Below, in pieces: positions 1 to 9,670 of a stretch of 64,000 nt of DNA (the first letter of the stretch is position 1; each line of letters begins with the position of its first letter). Below the pieces are notes generated by a model. That model worked only from the letters and a program-made list of their open reading frames with translations, was not told where the DNA came from and searched no databases. The position numbers and the translations under genes are program-made. Source of the DNA: an uncultured Verrucomicrobiae bacterium (lineage in GTDB: Bacteria > Verrucomicrobiota > Verrucomicrobiia > Limisphaerales > Palsa-1400); NCBI GenBank assembly GCA_963702845.1, contig OY969763.1:3488001-3552000 (forward strand), written 5' to 3'.

Positions 1-450
1 GGGACGGGTGCCGCGGCTCTCCTCGACATCGCGATCGAGCTCCAGCTTCATCCGCCGCAAACTTTCATTCTGCGGCGCGACCTTCACAGCCGCATCCATT
101 TGGACCTTCGCTTCCACTAAATCGCCGTTCTTGCGCGCACGATTCGATAATTCCACACGCATCCGCACCAAACCGTCGATTGCCGCCGCCTTATCCGCAT
201 TAGCGCGCGGATCATTGGCCACGGAATATGGAATCAGGGCAACCGCTTCCTGGTAAGCCTTTGCAGCGTCAACAACACGGTGCTTATTCTCAGCCTCGCA
301 GGCTTCGATCACTTTCTGGTGAAGGCGGATAGTTGCTTCCTGGCGCTTCACTGCTTCATCTTCCGCGATGGTGGCGGCGTCCTGCGCGCGCAAGCCGGAA
401 GCAACGATAAGTACTGTCAATAGAACAATTAATTTGGCTGCGTCTCTCAT
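1..450 (-). CDS. N-terminal part of a probable type II/IV secretin (PilQ/GspD, Amuc_1098-like); runs off the window
   Basis: Manual translation from ATG at 450: MRDAAKLIVLLTVLIVASGLRAQDAATIAEDEAVKRQEATIRLHQKV..., signal peptide, open to the window edge. Identity is inferred from its position downstream of the pilM-like operon. Confidence 0.6.
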   Translation of the reverse strand, partial: MRDAAKLIVLLTVLIVASGLRAQDAATIAEDEAVKRQEATIRLHQKVIEACEAENKHRVVDAAKAYQEAVALIPYSVANDPRANADKAAAIDGLVRMRVELSNRARKNGDLVEAKVQMDAAVKVAPQNESLRRMKLELDRDVEESRGTRP

Positions 451-485
451 GGTTTTAATGGGAGTTTTGGAAAGCGAGATGGTTG

Positions 486-1277
486 TCAGGGTGTGGTTGC
501 GCCGGTCCAATTTATGGTTGTTTGTTTGCCGTTCGATTCGGCCGAGACTCTAACGGCATTCTTACTGATAGCAATAACTTTGTAAGTCTCTCCAGCAAGC
601 GTAAATGTGTCACCTACATGCTTGTTCTTCAGACTTAGATTTGGCTCGGGTGGATAGGTCAAATCGACCACGTAACCGTCCACTTTTTGGAACGGCACGG
701 TCTTGGTTACAGCTATCAATTCTTGCGTGTCGAGCATTTCAATTGAGAACTCCGTCGGATCTTCCGGAGCACCTTTGATGCCCATCAGCGTAAATACCGG
801 CTGTCCGGTAACTTTCGCCGTCTCTTTGACGTGCAGATAGACGTTGTGTTTCTTGCCCGATTCCTTCTGGTAATAGAAGTAATAACCAGTCCCCGCCGCC
901 CGGTCGAACGCCACTGTCAAATACAGAGGACGGATATCTTTCGCAACTAACGCGTCCGGACCTTCCACGTAAATCTTCACAAACGTATTGCTCGAAGTCA
1001 GCTTCCACGTCACCGGATTGAACAGGTTGTGGTATTCAGGTGGCGTCCCACGACCCAGTTTCACTTCCACTGGTTGCTTCAACTGTTCCAATGCATTTGA
1101 TTGCGAAGTGAAATCCGCCGCCTTCCACGGTCTGTTCGGTGGTTCGCTACCGGCCTGCACATTGATGGTTTCCTGCGCCGAGCTGATCATCTTCGGCAGC
1201 CACACCGCCACGCCGAGCAGGCACAGCAGCACCACGCTCATGATGATCTTTTCGTAATGTCTCTTAATGAATTCCAT
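486..1277 (-). CDS. Amuc_1099-like pilus-system protein (single N-terminal TM)
   Basis: 263 aa; MEFIKRHYEKII + TM, HNLFNP motif; third gene of the pilM operon. Confidence 0.6.
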   Translation of the reverse strand: MEFIKRHYEKIIMSVVLLCLLGVAVWLPKMISSAQETINVQAGSEPPNRPWKAADFTSQSNALEQLKQPVEVKLGRGTPPEYHNLFNPVTWKLTSSNTFVKIYVEGPDALVAKDIRPLYLTVAFDRAAGTGYYFYYQKESGKKHNVYLHVKETAKVTGQPVFTLMGIKGAPEDPTEFSIEMLDTQELIAVTKTVPFQKVDGYVVDLTYPPEPNLSLKNKHVGDTFTLAGETYKVIAISKNAVRVSAESNGKQTTINWTGATTP

Positions 1278-1290
1278 TTAACGAGCGCGG

Positions 1291-2268
1291 CTACGGTTTC
1301 ACGGGTTTAAGTTGAATGGCGTCCACCACCAACGTCACAAACAACGGTTTCTCACGAATAACGGTCACTGGACCTGACGGACCTGCTGCACGAGGCCCAT
1401 ACACCGGCGCTGCCGGAGTGGGCGTCGGCGCTCCGCCACCACCCGGACCATATCGCTCCGCCATGGTCAGCGGCCTTTGCGCCGCCGGTGACGGATACCG
1501 TGACTGAGCTTGTGGTGGCTGATAGCCAGGCGTCGCTCCCTGCGCTTGCGCCTTCGACGCCGCCACAACCACACTTTTCACAATGTAACAATTCGTCGAC
1601 GTAATAAACCCTTCCAATACCTGCGACAATTCGCGCGTGAAACAAACGAAACTGAGTTGATAAGGTGCAATCACACCAAGTTGATTCGTCACCCACGTCG
1701 TCTGCAGAAAATCAGTGCCGCCCTGATCGCAGGGATACACCGGCACTCGCTGAATTCCGTCCAGCTCATTGACGTGCGCGCGATAAATAATGTCCAAAAT
1801 TCCCTGCATCTCATTGAACTGCTCCAGCCAACTCGGAATGCAATTGGTCGGGAACGCCAATTGCCCCGTCAGTCCCGAAAACGAAAACGCATACTGCGGA
1901 TCCGGAAGTTTCACCGCCACCGTCTTCGCACCCGTTTGCCATTGCGCAATGTGCCGGCTCAACTCCGCGGCAAACATCTTCTCATCCATCGCCGGCACTG
2001 CCGGGAACGGCGCGAACACCGTTTGAAATTGTCCAAGCAAACCGCGCATCTGCGCCGCTTCAGCCTTCGCCGCGTCAATGTTGTCCGGCGTCGGATACGG
2101 ATTCATATTCCGCAATCCGGTCAATTCGTTCATCACGGAATCGAAATCGTCTTTGACCGCCTTGTCTTCCGACATGCTGTTGGTCAACGAATACCCAGCC
2201 CATCCGGCCAGCAGCAACCCCACCACTGCCGTGATCACAAAAATCAGATTGCGTTTGATCCAGAGCAT
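1291..2268 (-). CDS. Amuc_1100-like pilus-associated protein (PilO-like position)
   Basis: 325 aa; N-terminal TM, coiled coil, YAFSF motif, PYQLSFVC, Pro/Ala-rich linker; overlaps the pilM stop. Confidence 0.65.
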   Translation of the reverse strand: MLWIKRNLIFVITAVVGLLLAGWAGYSLTNSMSEDKAVKDDFDSVMNELTGLRNMNPYPTPDNIDAAKAEAAQMRGLLGQFQTVFAPFPAVPAMDEKMFAAELSRHIAQWQTGAKTVAVKLPDPQYAFSFSGLTGQLAFPTNCIPSWLEQFNEMQGILDIIYRAHVNELDGIQRVPVYPCDQGGTDFLQTTWVTNQLGVIAPYQLSFVCFTRELSQVLEGFITSTNCYIVKSVVVAASKAQAQGATPGYQPPQAQSRYPSPAAQRPLTMAERYGPGGGGAPTPTPAAPVYGPRAAGPSGPVTVIREKPLFVTLVVDAIQLKPVKP

Positions 2269-4130
2269 TACAATTTTGCTGGTTTCTTCAGGTTAACCGT
2301 CACCGTAAAAGTGAACGTGTTCGTCGACTCATCCTTCTTCCGCTCAAGCGTCCCGAGTTGGATCGGCGGCGCGAAAAACGGGCTGGCCCTCAATTCATCC
2401 TGTACTTGGTATGCCAGGGCGGAGTTCGCGACTTCCAGCGGTTGGTCCACCGCCCGGCAACGGAACGTCACGGAAGATATTTCATTCGCGTTCCCACCAC
2501 CCGGAGCACCTGCCGGTGGCGCTTGCGGCGCTGGCGTCGAAGAACGTTCCGCTATTCCGTAGCGCGCTGCGTTACCCATAACCGCAGAATTGCCACCGCC
2601 ACCGCCACCAGGATTGTCTGCCGCGCCTGCGACGAACGGCGTGCCATTCGGATAAATCGGGGAAAATTCTTCAACCCACACACCAACCTCGAGATTCGGC
2701 GCGTTGGTTTTCATCGCCGCCTTCGTCTTCAATTCCGATTGCAACATCACCCGGCGCAATTCCATCAAAAGTTTGGCCCAATACTCGCGATCCTCACCCA
2801 AACCGCCCAATTGATTCCCCTGCTCTTGCAGCATTCTGGTGTCACCCATCGCCGCTTTCAATTCACCAGCTTTTTGCTTCAGGGGCCCGAGTGAAGCGCG
2901 CAATTCTTCCAGCTTGTTCTTGCGCAACGTCACGATATGCGATTCCGCCCACCACACCGCAAACACCATCAACGCCAGCGCGTAAACAGCCGCGATAAAG
3001 AACGGCTTCTTCTGCGAAAATTCCTGCCGCTGAATCGAGCTTTTCGGCATCAGGTTCAGTTCCACCGGGCAATGCGCCAGGTCGCGCAATCCCAAGCCAA
3101 CTACTTCACCAAACGAATGGGCGTATTTTGAAAGGTCTTCCAGATCGATCGTCGGATCGATTTCGATATTCCGGAACGGATTGAAATACTCGACTGACAA
3201 ATTCAGCTTCTCAGCAAAAAATTGCGCCGTGTAAGGCATGATCGACGCGCCGCCCGACAGGAACAACTGCTGCGGCGCTGCCCCGCCCTGTTGTCCGCGG
3301 TAAAATTGAATCGTCTGATTAACCTGAATGTGCAAACGCGTCATCACCTGACGCGCAATCTTGGAAATAGCCGCCGCCTGCGGATCATCAGGCTCTTCGT
3401 AAGCACCACCGAGACTCACAAATCCCTTGTCGACCTTCACCGCTTCCGCTTCTGCAAATTTCAGCTTCGCTTCATTGCCAAACTCCTGCGTGATCGCGTT
3501 CGCGCCGATATTGATACTGCGCGAATACACCTTGCCCTTCTCGAAAAACAGCAAGTTACTCGTCTTCGCCCCGATATCCAAAAGCATCGTGCAACCTTCG
3601 AGATCGCCGTAATTATATCGGAACGCATTGCACAGCGCTGCCGGCGAAACGTCCACCAGCTTCAACTTCAAACCAGCCCCTTCCGCAACGCGGAACAGAC
3701 CTTCCACAATCTCCGCCTTCACCGCCACCAGCAACACTTCCAACTCATTCGTCGGCGACGTTCCAAGAATCTGGTAATCCCAGACAACTTCTTCCAGCGG
3801 AAACGGAACGTTTTGCTGCGCTTCGTAACGGATAATCTGCGTGACCTTCGAAGTATCTACCGGCGGCAGCTTGACGAACTTGGAAAAAACGTGAAAACCC
3901 GGCGCGCAAACATTGATCTGTTTTGCTCCAAAACTTTTTTCGGAAAGCACTTCCTTCAGTGCAGTCAGAATTGCAGCCTCGCGCGTGGACTCTTGCGCGC
4001 CCTCGGCGCCGAGCGGTTTGATGGCATATTGCTTAAGGCGCAATCCACCGGCTTCGTTCGGTTCGAATTCTGCCAGCTTTAGACTGCCCGCCCCAAAGTC
4101 AACTGCCAGGAATGATTTCGTGTTGAGCAT
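2268..4130 (-). CDS. pilM: Type IV pilus assembly PilM-PilN fusion (Amuc_1101-like)
   Basis: Actin-like motifs AVDFGAGSLK, LLDIGAKTS and LSGG; EAQQNVPF; then PilN-type ELNLMP + TM + periplasmic domain. Confidence 0.9.
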   Translation of the reverse strand: MLNTKSFLAVDFGAGSLKLAEFEPNEAGGLRLKQYAIKPLGAEGAQESTREAAILTALKEVLSEKSFGAKQINVCAPGFHVFSKFVKLPPVDTSKVTQIIRYEAQQNVPFPLEEVVWDYQILGTSPTNELEVLLVAVKAEIVEGLFRVAEGAGLKLKLVDVSPAALCNAFRYNYGDLEGCTMLLDIGAKTSNLLFFEKGKVYSRSINIGANAITQEFGNEAKLKFAEAEAVKVDKGFVSLGGAYEEPDDPQAAAISKIARQVMTRLHIQVNQTIQFYRGQQGGAAPQQLFLSGGASIMPYTAQFFAEKLNLSVEYFNPFRNIEIDPTIDLEDLSKYAHSFGEVVGLGLRDLAHCPVELNLMPKSSIQRQEFSQKKPFFIAAVYALALMVFAVWWAESHIVTLRKNKLEELRASLGPLKQKAGELKAAMGDTRMLQEQGNQLGGLGEDREYWAKLLMELRRVMLQSELKTKAAMKTNAPNLEVGVWVEEFSPIYPNGTPFVAGAADNPGGGGGGNSAVMGNAARYGIAERSSTPAPQAPPAGAPGGGNANEISSVTFRCRAVDQPLEVANSALAYQVQDELRASPFFAPPIQLGTLERKKDESTNTFTFTVTVNLKKPAKL

Positions 4131-4300
4131 TGAATTTCGTGCAGCGGTTTATTCGACCGCGGTGTTCGCCTGCCACGTGCCATCCCGCTCAACTGTGTTA
4201 TCTCGTCGCATTGAATTGAAAAAGTCCGTCGCTAGTTACAGAAATTCGCTCTACCGGTCAATCGTTTTGATAAAACTTTTGTGTCTCAAGTGTCCGTTTT

Positions 4301-4316
4301 AGCTAAACACATGCCA
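4301..4316 (-). promoter_or_regulatory. Candidate sigma54 -24/-12 promoter for the pilus operon
   Basis: Minus strand TGGCATGTGTTTAGCT (GG-N10-GC). A second candidate, TGGCACGTGGCAGGCG, lies at 4167-4182. Confidence 0.4.
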
Positions 4317-4638
4317 GCAACGAACTTTCGTTCAGTCGGCACGAATGCTGTGACGCGCGCCAGAGTGTCCCAATTGGCCGCACCTGCAATAAAAAAATTT
4401 TCAATCAGGTTTTTGCGGAACGTAAACTCCACCTTTCCCGCATCATTTCCACGCATTATGCGTGAATTTTCCGCAATCCATCAACAGCGTAATGGTCTAG
4501 GACTCACCCTCATATAGTGACCCTCCTCAAAAATTAGAGAAAAAAGTCGTATAATGGGAATGAACCAGCTCGGATTTCCGGTTTTCCGATCCACGTGCCG
4601 TTTCTCATTCCATCAACTCAATGCTATCTTTTTGACAG

Positions 4639-5097
4639 ATGAACGCCGAACTCTATGCCCTCGTGCAATCGGCCGTTGCGGTGGTGCTCGGCGGAGTCGT
4701 TGGATGGGAACGCGAACGCGCCAGCAAAGGAGCAGGCCTGCGCACTCATATGCTTGTCTGTCTGGCCGCGACGGTTTTCATGAGAGTCGGCGATTTTCTC
4801 ATGATTCACGCCAACGCGACTCAGGACCATGTCACCTTGCGCACCGACCCTATTCCGCTCATCAGCGCGATAGTCACCGGTGTGTCTTTCCTTGGAGCCG
4901 GAACAATTTTCCGCGACCGCAACGTGCATAGGGCTCACGGCTTAACCACCGCCGCCTCCCTGCTCGTCGTTGCAACCATCGGCATCTCGATCGCTCTTGA
5001 GCGTTATATTTTAGCAACCGGAATCACCATTCTCGCTCTTATTGTGTTGCGAGTATTTCTGGCCCTCGAACGTAAACAGATTCCAACTACTGAATGA
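4639..5097 (+). CDS. MgtC/SapB family membrane protein
   Basis: GWERE...AGLRTHMLV, GVSFLGAGTI and GLTTAASL motifs. Confidence 0.92.
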   Translation: MNAELYALVQSAVAVVLGGVVGWERERASKGAGLRTHMLVCLAATVFMRVGDFLMIHANATQDHVTLRTDPIPLISAIVTGVSFLGAGTIFRDRNVHRAHGLTTAASLLVVATIGISIALERYILATGITILALIVLRVFLALERKQIPTTE

Positions 5098-7000
5098 CGC
5101 CACGTTTCCGCAACATCGCTTCCATGGCCTTATCCATCAGCAAATCGGCCAAAGGCTTCGTTTCCTCGTCGAGCGCTGCGACCGCCGCTTTCAATTTAAT
5201 CGGGTCGCCAACTTTCGTCGTCGCGTCTTCGGCAGCAATGACCGCTTCAACGCCGCGCATTGCCGTTTCCACTTTCGTCGCGTAGTCGGCATCTAATTCC
5301 GCGGCGCAATCGGCCAAACCCTTCCTCGCCGCTGCCAACGTATCGTCCGCGCGCAACTTCGCTTCCACCCACTGCCGCGCCCGCAAATCATCGAACGCGT
5401 GCTCCACCGATTCCTCCACCATCTTCTGCACTTCCTCATCCGACACATCCACCGCAGACTTCATCTGCACAATCACCTGTTTCCCGGTGCGAATATCGCG
5501 TGCGAGCACGTGCAGAATTCCGTTCGCATCGATCTCAAATTGCACACCAACGCGCGGCACACCTTTGGGCGCGCGCTCAAAACCGAGCGTAAAATTCCCC
5601 AAACTCCAGTTGTCGCCAGCGCGTTCACGTTCACCCTGCAAGACGTGAATTAACATGTCCTTCTGATAATCCACCGCCGTCGTAAACACTTCTCCCGCCT
5701 TGAGCGGAATCGTCGAGTTACGCGGAATAATGACATTCATCAACCCGCCAAAAGTTTCAATCCCCAGCGACAACGGCGTTACGTCCAGCAAGAGCAAGTG
5801 TTTGAATCCGCCCGACAAAATTTCCGCCTGGATGGCCGCGCCGAGCGCAACTGCTTCGTCCGGATTCTGTGAAGTATTCAACTGTGGCCCATCGCCTTTG
5901 TGATACTCCGTCCCCAATCGAATTCCGCCGCGCGTTTCTTCAAACTCCGCGCAACCGAACCATTCCCCAACCAACTTCCTCACCAACGGCATTCGCGTCT
6001 GGCCACCGACCAAAATCACCTGGTCCAAATCACTCGCCTGCAACTTCGCATCCGCCAACGCCCGCACACAATGTTCACGCGTGCGTTCGACGATATCCCG
6101 CGTCAACACCTCCAAGTCCGCGCGCGTCAGTTTGTAACTGAAGCTGAAAGTCGCCGTCAAAAACGGCAGTGCAATTTCAACAACTTCTTCACTCGAAAGT
6201 TGGATCTTCGCGTCCTCCGCTACTTCGCGAATGCGCGACAACATTGGCAAATCATTAGCGGCATCGGGCCCACCCGCCGTCTTTATCTTATCGACAACAA
6301 ATTCAACAATGCGTCGGTCCAAATCATCACCACCCAGTCGCGTGTTGCCGCTCGTCGAAAGCACCTGAAACACCCCTTCGTTCAGTTCGAGAATCGACAG
6401 ATCAAACGTGCCGCCGCCCAAATCATACACCGCCACCTTCGCGTGTTCCTTCAGCTTATCCAACCCATACGCGAGCGCAGCCGCCGTCGGTTCATTCACG
6501 ATTCGCTCGACCGTAAATCCAGCAAGCTCCCCTGCCCGTTTCGTCGCGTTGCGCTGCGCATCATTAAAATATGCCGGCACCGTAATCACCGCTCGCGTCA
6601 CCGGTTCACCCAGCGTAGCTTCCGCATCGCGTTTTAATTTCTTCAAAACCTCTGCCGAAATTTCCTCCGGTGTCCACTTGCGCCCAAACAATTCGACTGT
6701 GACCGGCCCTGCCCCTTCACCGCGCACTGGATAAATCACCGAGGTCTCCTCGCGCGAAATTTCATTACCGCGCCGTCCCATGAAACGCTTGATCGAATAA
6801 ACCGTCTGCTCCGGCTTCAACGCACGCACACGATTCGCCTTTTCCCCAACAATCGGCTCCGCATCCGCCGCGGGAAAATGAATCACCGACGGCGTGAGCC
6901 GCCGTCCTTCCGCGTCAGCAATGACGTACGGAATTCCCGAATCCACCGTGGCCACCAGCGAATTCGTCGTGCCCAAATCAATGCCAACAATTTTGCTCAT
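5087..7000 (-). CDS. Hsp70 family chaperone (HscA/DnaK-like, short C-terminus)
   Basis: GIDLGTTNS, TVPAYFNDAQR, DLGGGTFD, LVGGQTRMP, NPDEAVALGAA; start taken at MSKIVG. Confidence 0.93.
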   Translation of the reverse strand: MSKIVGIDLGTTNSLVATVDSGIPYVIADAEGRRLTPSVIHFPAADAEPIVGEKANRVRALKPEQTVYSIKRFMGRRGNEISREETSVIYPVRGEGAGPVTVELFGRKWTPEEISAEVLKKLKRDAEATLGEPVTRAVITVPAYFNDAQRNATKRAGELAGFTVERIVNEPTAAALAYGLDKLKEHAKVAVYDLGGGTFDLSILELNEGVFQVLSTSGNTRLGGDDLDRRIVEFVVDKIKTAGGPDAANDLPMLSRIREVAEDAKIQLSSEEVVEIALPFLTATFSFSYKLTRADLEVLTRDIVERTREHCVRALADAKLQASDLDQVILVGGQTRMPLVRKLVGEWFGCAEFEETRGGIRLGTEYHKGDGPQLNTSQNPDEAVALGAAIQAEILSGGFKHLLLLDVTPLSLGIETFGGLMNVIIPRNSTIPLKAGEVFTTAVDYQKDMLIHVLQGERERAGDNWSLGNFTLGFERAPKGVPRVGVQFEIDANGILHVLARDIRTGKQVIVQMKSAVDVSDEEVQKMVEESVEHAFDDLRARQWVEAKLRADDTLAAARKGLADCAAELDADYATKVETAMRGVEAVIAAEDATTKVGDPIKLKAAVAALDEETKPLADLLMDKAMEAMLRKRGVIQ

Positions 7001-7018
7001 GTTCTGCAAGAGACGACT

Positions 7019-9559
7019 CTACCGCACAAAGGTCGCTTTGACTCGTCGCGAATTCTGCATGTAACTGCCCCAAAGCAACGCACCGAGAAAAATCGCAACA
7101 GGATTCGTGTATGTCTTCGCATCTCCTCCTTTGATCATGTGCACCAATCCCGCGTCAATGGCCACTCCGATCGCTTGCACGGTCAGAAAAAGAATAAACA
7201 ACGTTGGAAACAACCGCCGCTTTTTAAAAAACAATATTAACAGGAACACCGCGAAAATGCTCATGCCCAAATTAAAGAGCAGGTCAAAAATCAACGTCGG
7301 CGCCCACAGCGAATTGTAATCAGTTGAGCCCGGCATTGTCAGCGCTTGCCACGATGCCAGCGAATAAACCGGCCACGATTTTGCGACCGCTCCAAGTTTG
7401 GCGAATATTCCCATGATGAGCAGGAAGCAAAGCACCGCCAGCCACCCACCAAGTCCCTCCAGGTGTTTGTCTGTCTCTACGGCCATCAATGGCGGAGCCG
7501 CGGGCTGATACCGGCAAGCAAAGACTCCGCCGACCAAAACCAACGACGAAAAGCAAAAACCAATCCCGATGATCGCCCAGTTTGGATCGTTCGACACCAA
7601 TGACGCTATCGGTTTCGTAACAGTAAACGCCGCGTCATCGGTCACCTGATTTACAGCGCGTTTATACGCTCCAACTTTCGCAGCCGGCACCGTGTCGGTG
7701 AAAGTGCGATACTTGAACACCAATGTCGTGCGCGTAACCGAATCGGTGACGTCACTCGTAAAATCAAAAAACTCATTCCTGATTTCTTTCCGGTCCGGTT
7801 TGATTCGCCACTTGGCCGGGTGATTGATCTCAATCGTGTGCTCTCTGTTCGCAGGATGATACATCGCATACGGTGAACTGCGCGTTTCACTCACCGGCGC
7901 CCCGAGCAGGTCGCGTATCGTACGCGGCGAAAAAGAACACGATTTGCGCTCGTCACGACCCTCCACCCAAATATTCGGTATTCGATAGTTCTCCTCCGTA
8001 TCGACTGTATTCGCCCGTTCATCGTCATAAATCTTCACGCTACCGACCATTTCGATCCCGGCGTAGGCAGAGGCGTAGTAATTCAGATAACTTTTCTCCA
8101 ACTCCGCTTGTGAGACATTCGCCACTGCTCGCCGCAAACCATCCGCGTCCAACCCGCTCGTCCGCGACTTGACCTTCAAGTAGGTCATTCCATTTGTTCC
8201 GACAATCGAGAAGCTCTCCGTCACCGTCATGTGCGGAACGCCAGTCTGCATCGGCTCAATCCGCACCAACTGCGTCGCTTCCGGATCGACCACCAGCCCA
8301 AACCGATAATCTGGAAAATAACGGTCCTTCAATCCGCCGCGTTGTTGACTGATCGTTGGGTCCACATAGTAAGTTTTTTCACCAACCACCAACTGAACCA
8401 CGACATGGTTGAACGCGAACGGTGACGGCTGCCAATCTTCAATGCTGCGTCGCGCGTAACTATTCACCAGCACCGGTTTTGCCACGACACCGAGTTCGCG
8501 CAACATCGTGCACAACAAAAATGCCTTGTCCTTGCAATCGCCGAAGCGTCGCGCGAACACCGTCGATGGATCCGACGGTTCATGCGAATGCGGGCCAAAC
8601 TCGATTCCCATGTAACGAATCTGGTCCTGCACAAATTGAACCGCCGCAGTCGCCCGCACCTCTGCCTGCTTATTGAGCCCCCACAATCGCATGCTGTTTT
8701 GCAGCTCGGGCGACAGCTCGTTTTTCGAAACGTAAAGCTTGCACGCCCACCGCGCGACCTCTGCCCAATTTGCATATTCGGTCACGTTGATTTGCGGATG
8801 CGTTTCGTACCAAATCGGCGTTCCTGGCTCCGCCGCGAGGGCTGGAACGTTCGACCATTTCCAAACATATTCCGTTTCGTCATCCGTCCGCGTGACGGTC
8901 GGCTGCACAACCGTGCCCCGGTTCTGGATCGTAATCCGTCGTGATGACGGGCAGACCAGGCGATAGCGCTGATTTTGCACCGGCACCTGCCACTGAACGT
9001 ACCAGGCGTTCGCAAACCGGTTTTCAAGAATCGGATTCGTTCCTTTAACCGTGTAGCTGAAATCGATCAGGTCTCCCGGACGCACATCTTCCAGCAAACA
9101 AATCGCCGACCAACTTCCGTTGTAAATGTTTCGATCAAGATCCTTTTCCTGCTGAATGAGCTTGAACTTCTTTTCATCCATTTGACTCACCGCGTTGGTG
9201 CCGCGGATCACCCAAACACTGTGAATGATCAATTCCTGATAGGTCGGATCGAAATCGAACGAGAGTTGCGAGCCGTGTTCCACTCCCGTTTCGTTCAATA
9301 CCTGCCGGCAAATTCGCGTGTAGATTTCGCCTGTTCCAATATTTTCCTGCGAGTCGAGTAATAGAAATGCCTGACCCGACGATTCGTTCTTGTGCAGCGG
9401 CAACCTGTCGATGTGGTTCGTAAAAAGACGAACCCAGTCGGACTCAGGACCGAAGTTACATTTGGATTTCGGTTTCTCTTGCGCCGCAACCGGCATCACA
9501 TGAACCAAAACCAGCACTGCTATAAAAAATGCGACCACCCGTCGCGTTGTTTGGACCAT
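7019..9559 (-). CDS. DUF3857/transglutaminase-like protein with C-terminal DUF2569-like membrane domain
   Basis: Signal peptide; RRFGDCKDKA and FNHVV...YVDPT triad motifs; C-terminal GLGGWL TMs ending SRRVKATF. Confidence 0.85.
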   Translation of the reverse strand: MVQTTRRVVAFFIAVLVLVHVMPVAAQEKPKSKCNFGPESDWVRLFTNHIDRLPLHKNESSGQAFLLLDSQENIGTGEIYTRICRQVLNETGVEHGSQLSFDFDPTYQELIIHSVWVIRGTNAVSQMDEKKFKLIQQEKDLDRNIYNGSWSAICLLEDVRPGDLIDFSYTVKGTNPILENRFANAWYVQWQVPVQNQRYRLVCPSSRRITIQNRGTVVQPTVTRTDDETEYVWKWSNVPALAAEPGTPIWYETHPQINVTEYANWAEVARWACKLYVSKNELSPELQNSMRLWGLNKQAEVRATAAVQFVQDQIRYMGIEFGPHSHEPSDPSTVFARRFGDCKDKAFLLCTMLRELGVVAKPVLVNSYARRSIEDWQPSPFAFNHVVVQLVVGEKTYYVDPTISQQRGGLKDRYFPDYRFGLVVDPEATQLVRIEPMQTGVPHMTVTESFSIVGTNGMTYLKVKSRTSGLDADGLRRAVANVSQAELEKSYLNYYASAYAGIEMVGSVKIYDDERANTVDTEENYRIPNIWVEGRDERKSCSFSPRTIRDLLGAPVSETRSSPYAMYHPANREHTIEINHPAKWRIKPDRKEIRNEFFDFTSDVTDSVTRTTLVFKYRTFTDTVPAAKVGAYKRAVNQVTDDAAFTVTKPIASLVSNDPNWAIIGIGFCFSSLVLVGGVFACRYQPAAPPLMAVETDKHLEGLGGWLAVLCFLLIMGIFAKLGAVAKSWPVYSLASWQALTMPGSTDYNSLWAPTLIFDLLFNLGMSIFAVFLLILFFKKRRLFPTLFILFLTVQAIGVAIDAGLVHMIKGGDAKTYTNPVAIFLGALLWGSYMQNSRRVKATFVR

Positions 9560-9615
9560 GAACCGAATTGTGTCCGATGCACGATAAAACGAAAAGCGTT
9601 TTCACTTGGACAACG

Positions 9616-9668
9616 TTCGGATTGCGGGTTGCGAGGACGACGTTCGGCCTCGCAACCCGCAATCCGAA
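9616..9668. repeat. 21-bp perfect inverted repeat just after the terminase stop; related core at 11297-11321
   Basis: TTCGGATTGCGGGTTGCGAGG ... CCTCGCAACCCGCAATCCGAA; no U-tract on the minus strand. Confidence 0.8.
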
Positions 9669-9670
9669 AA

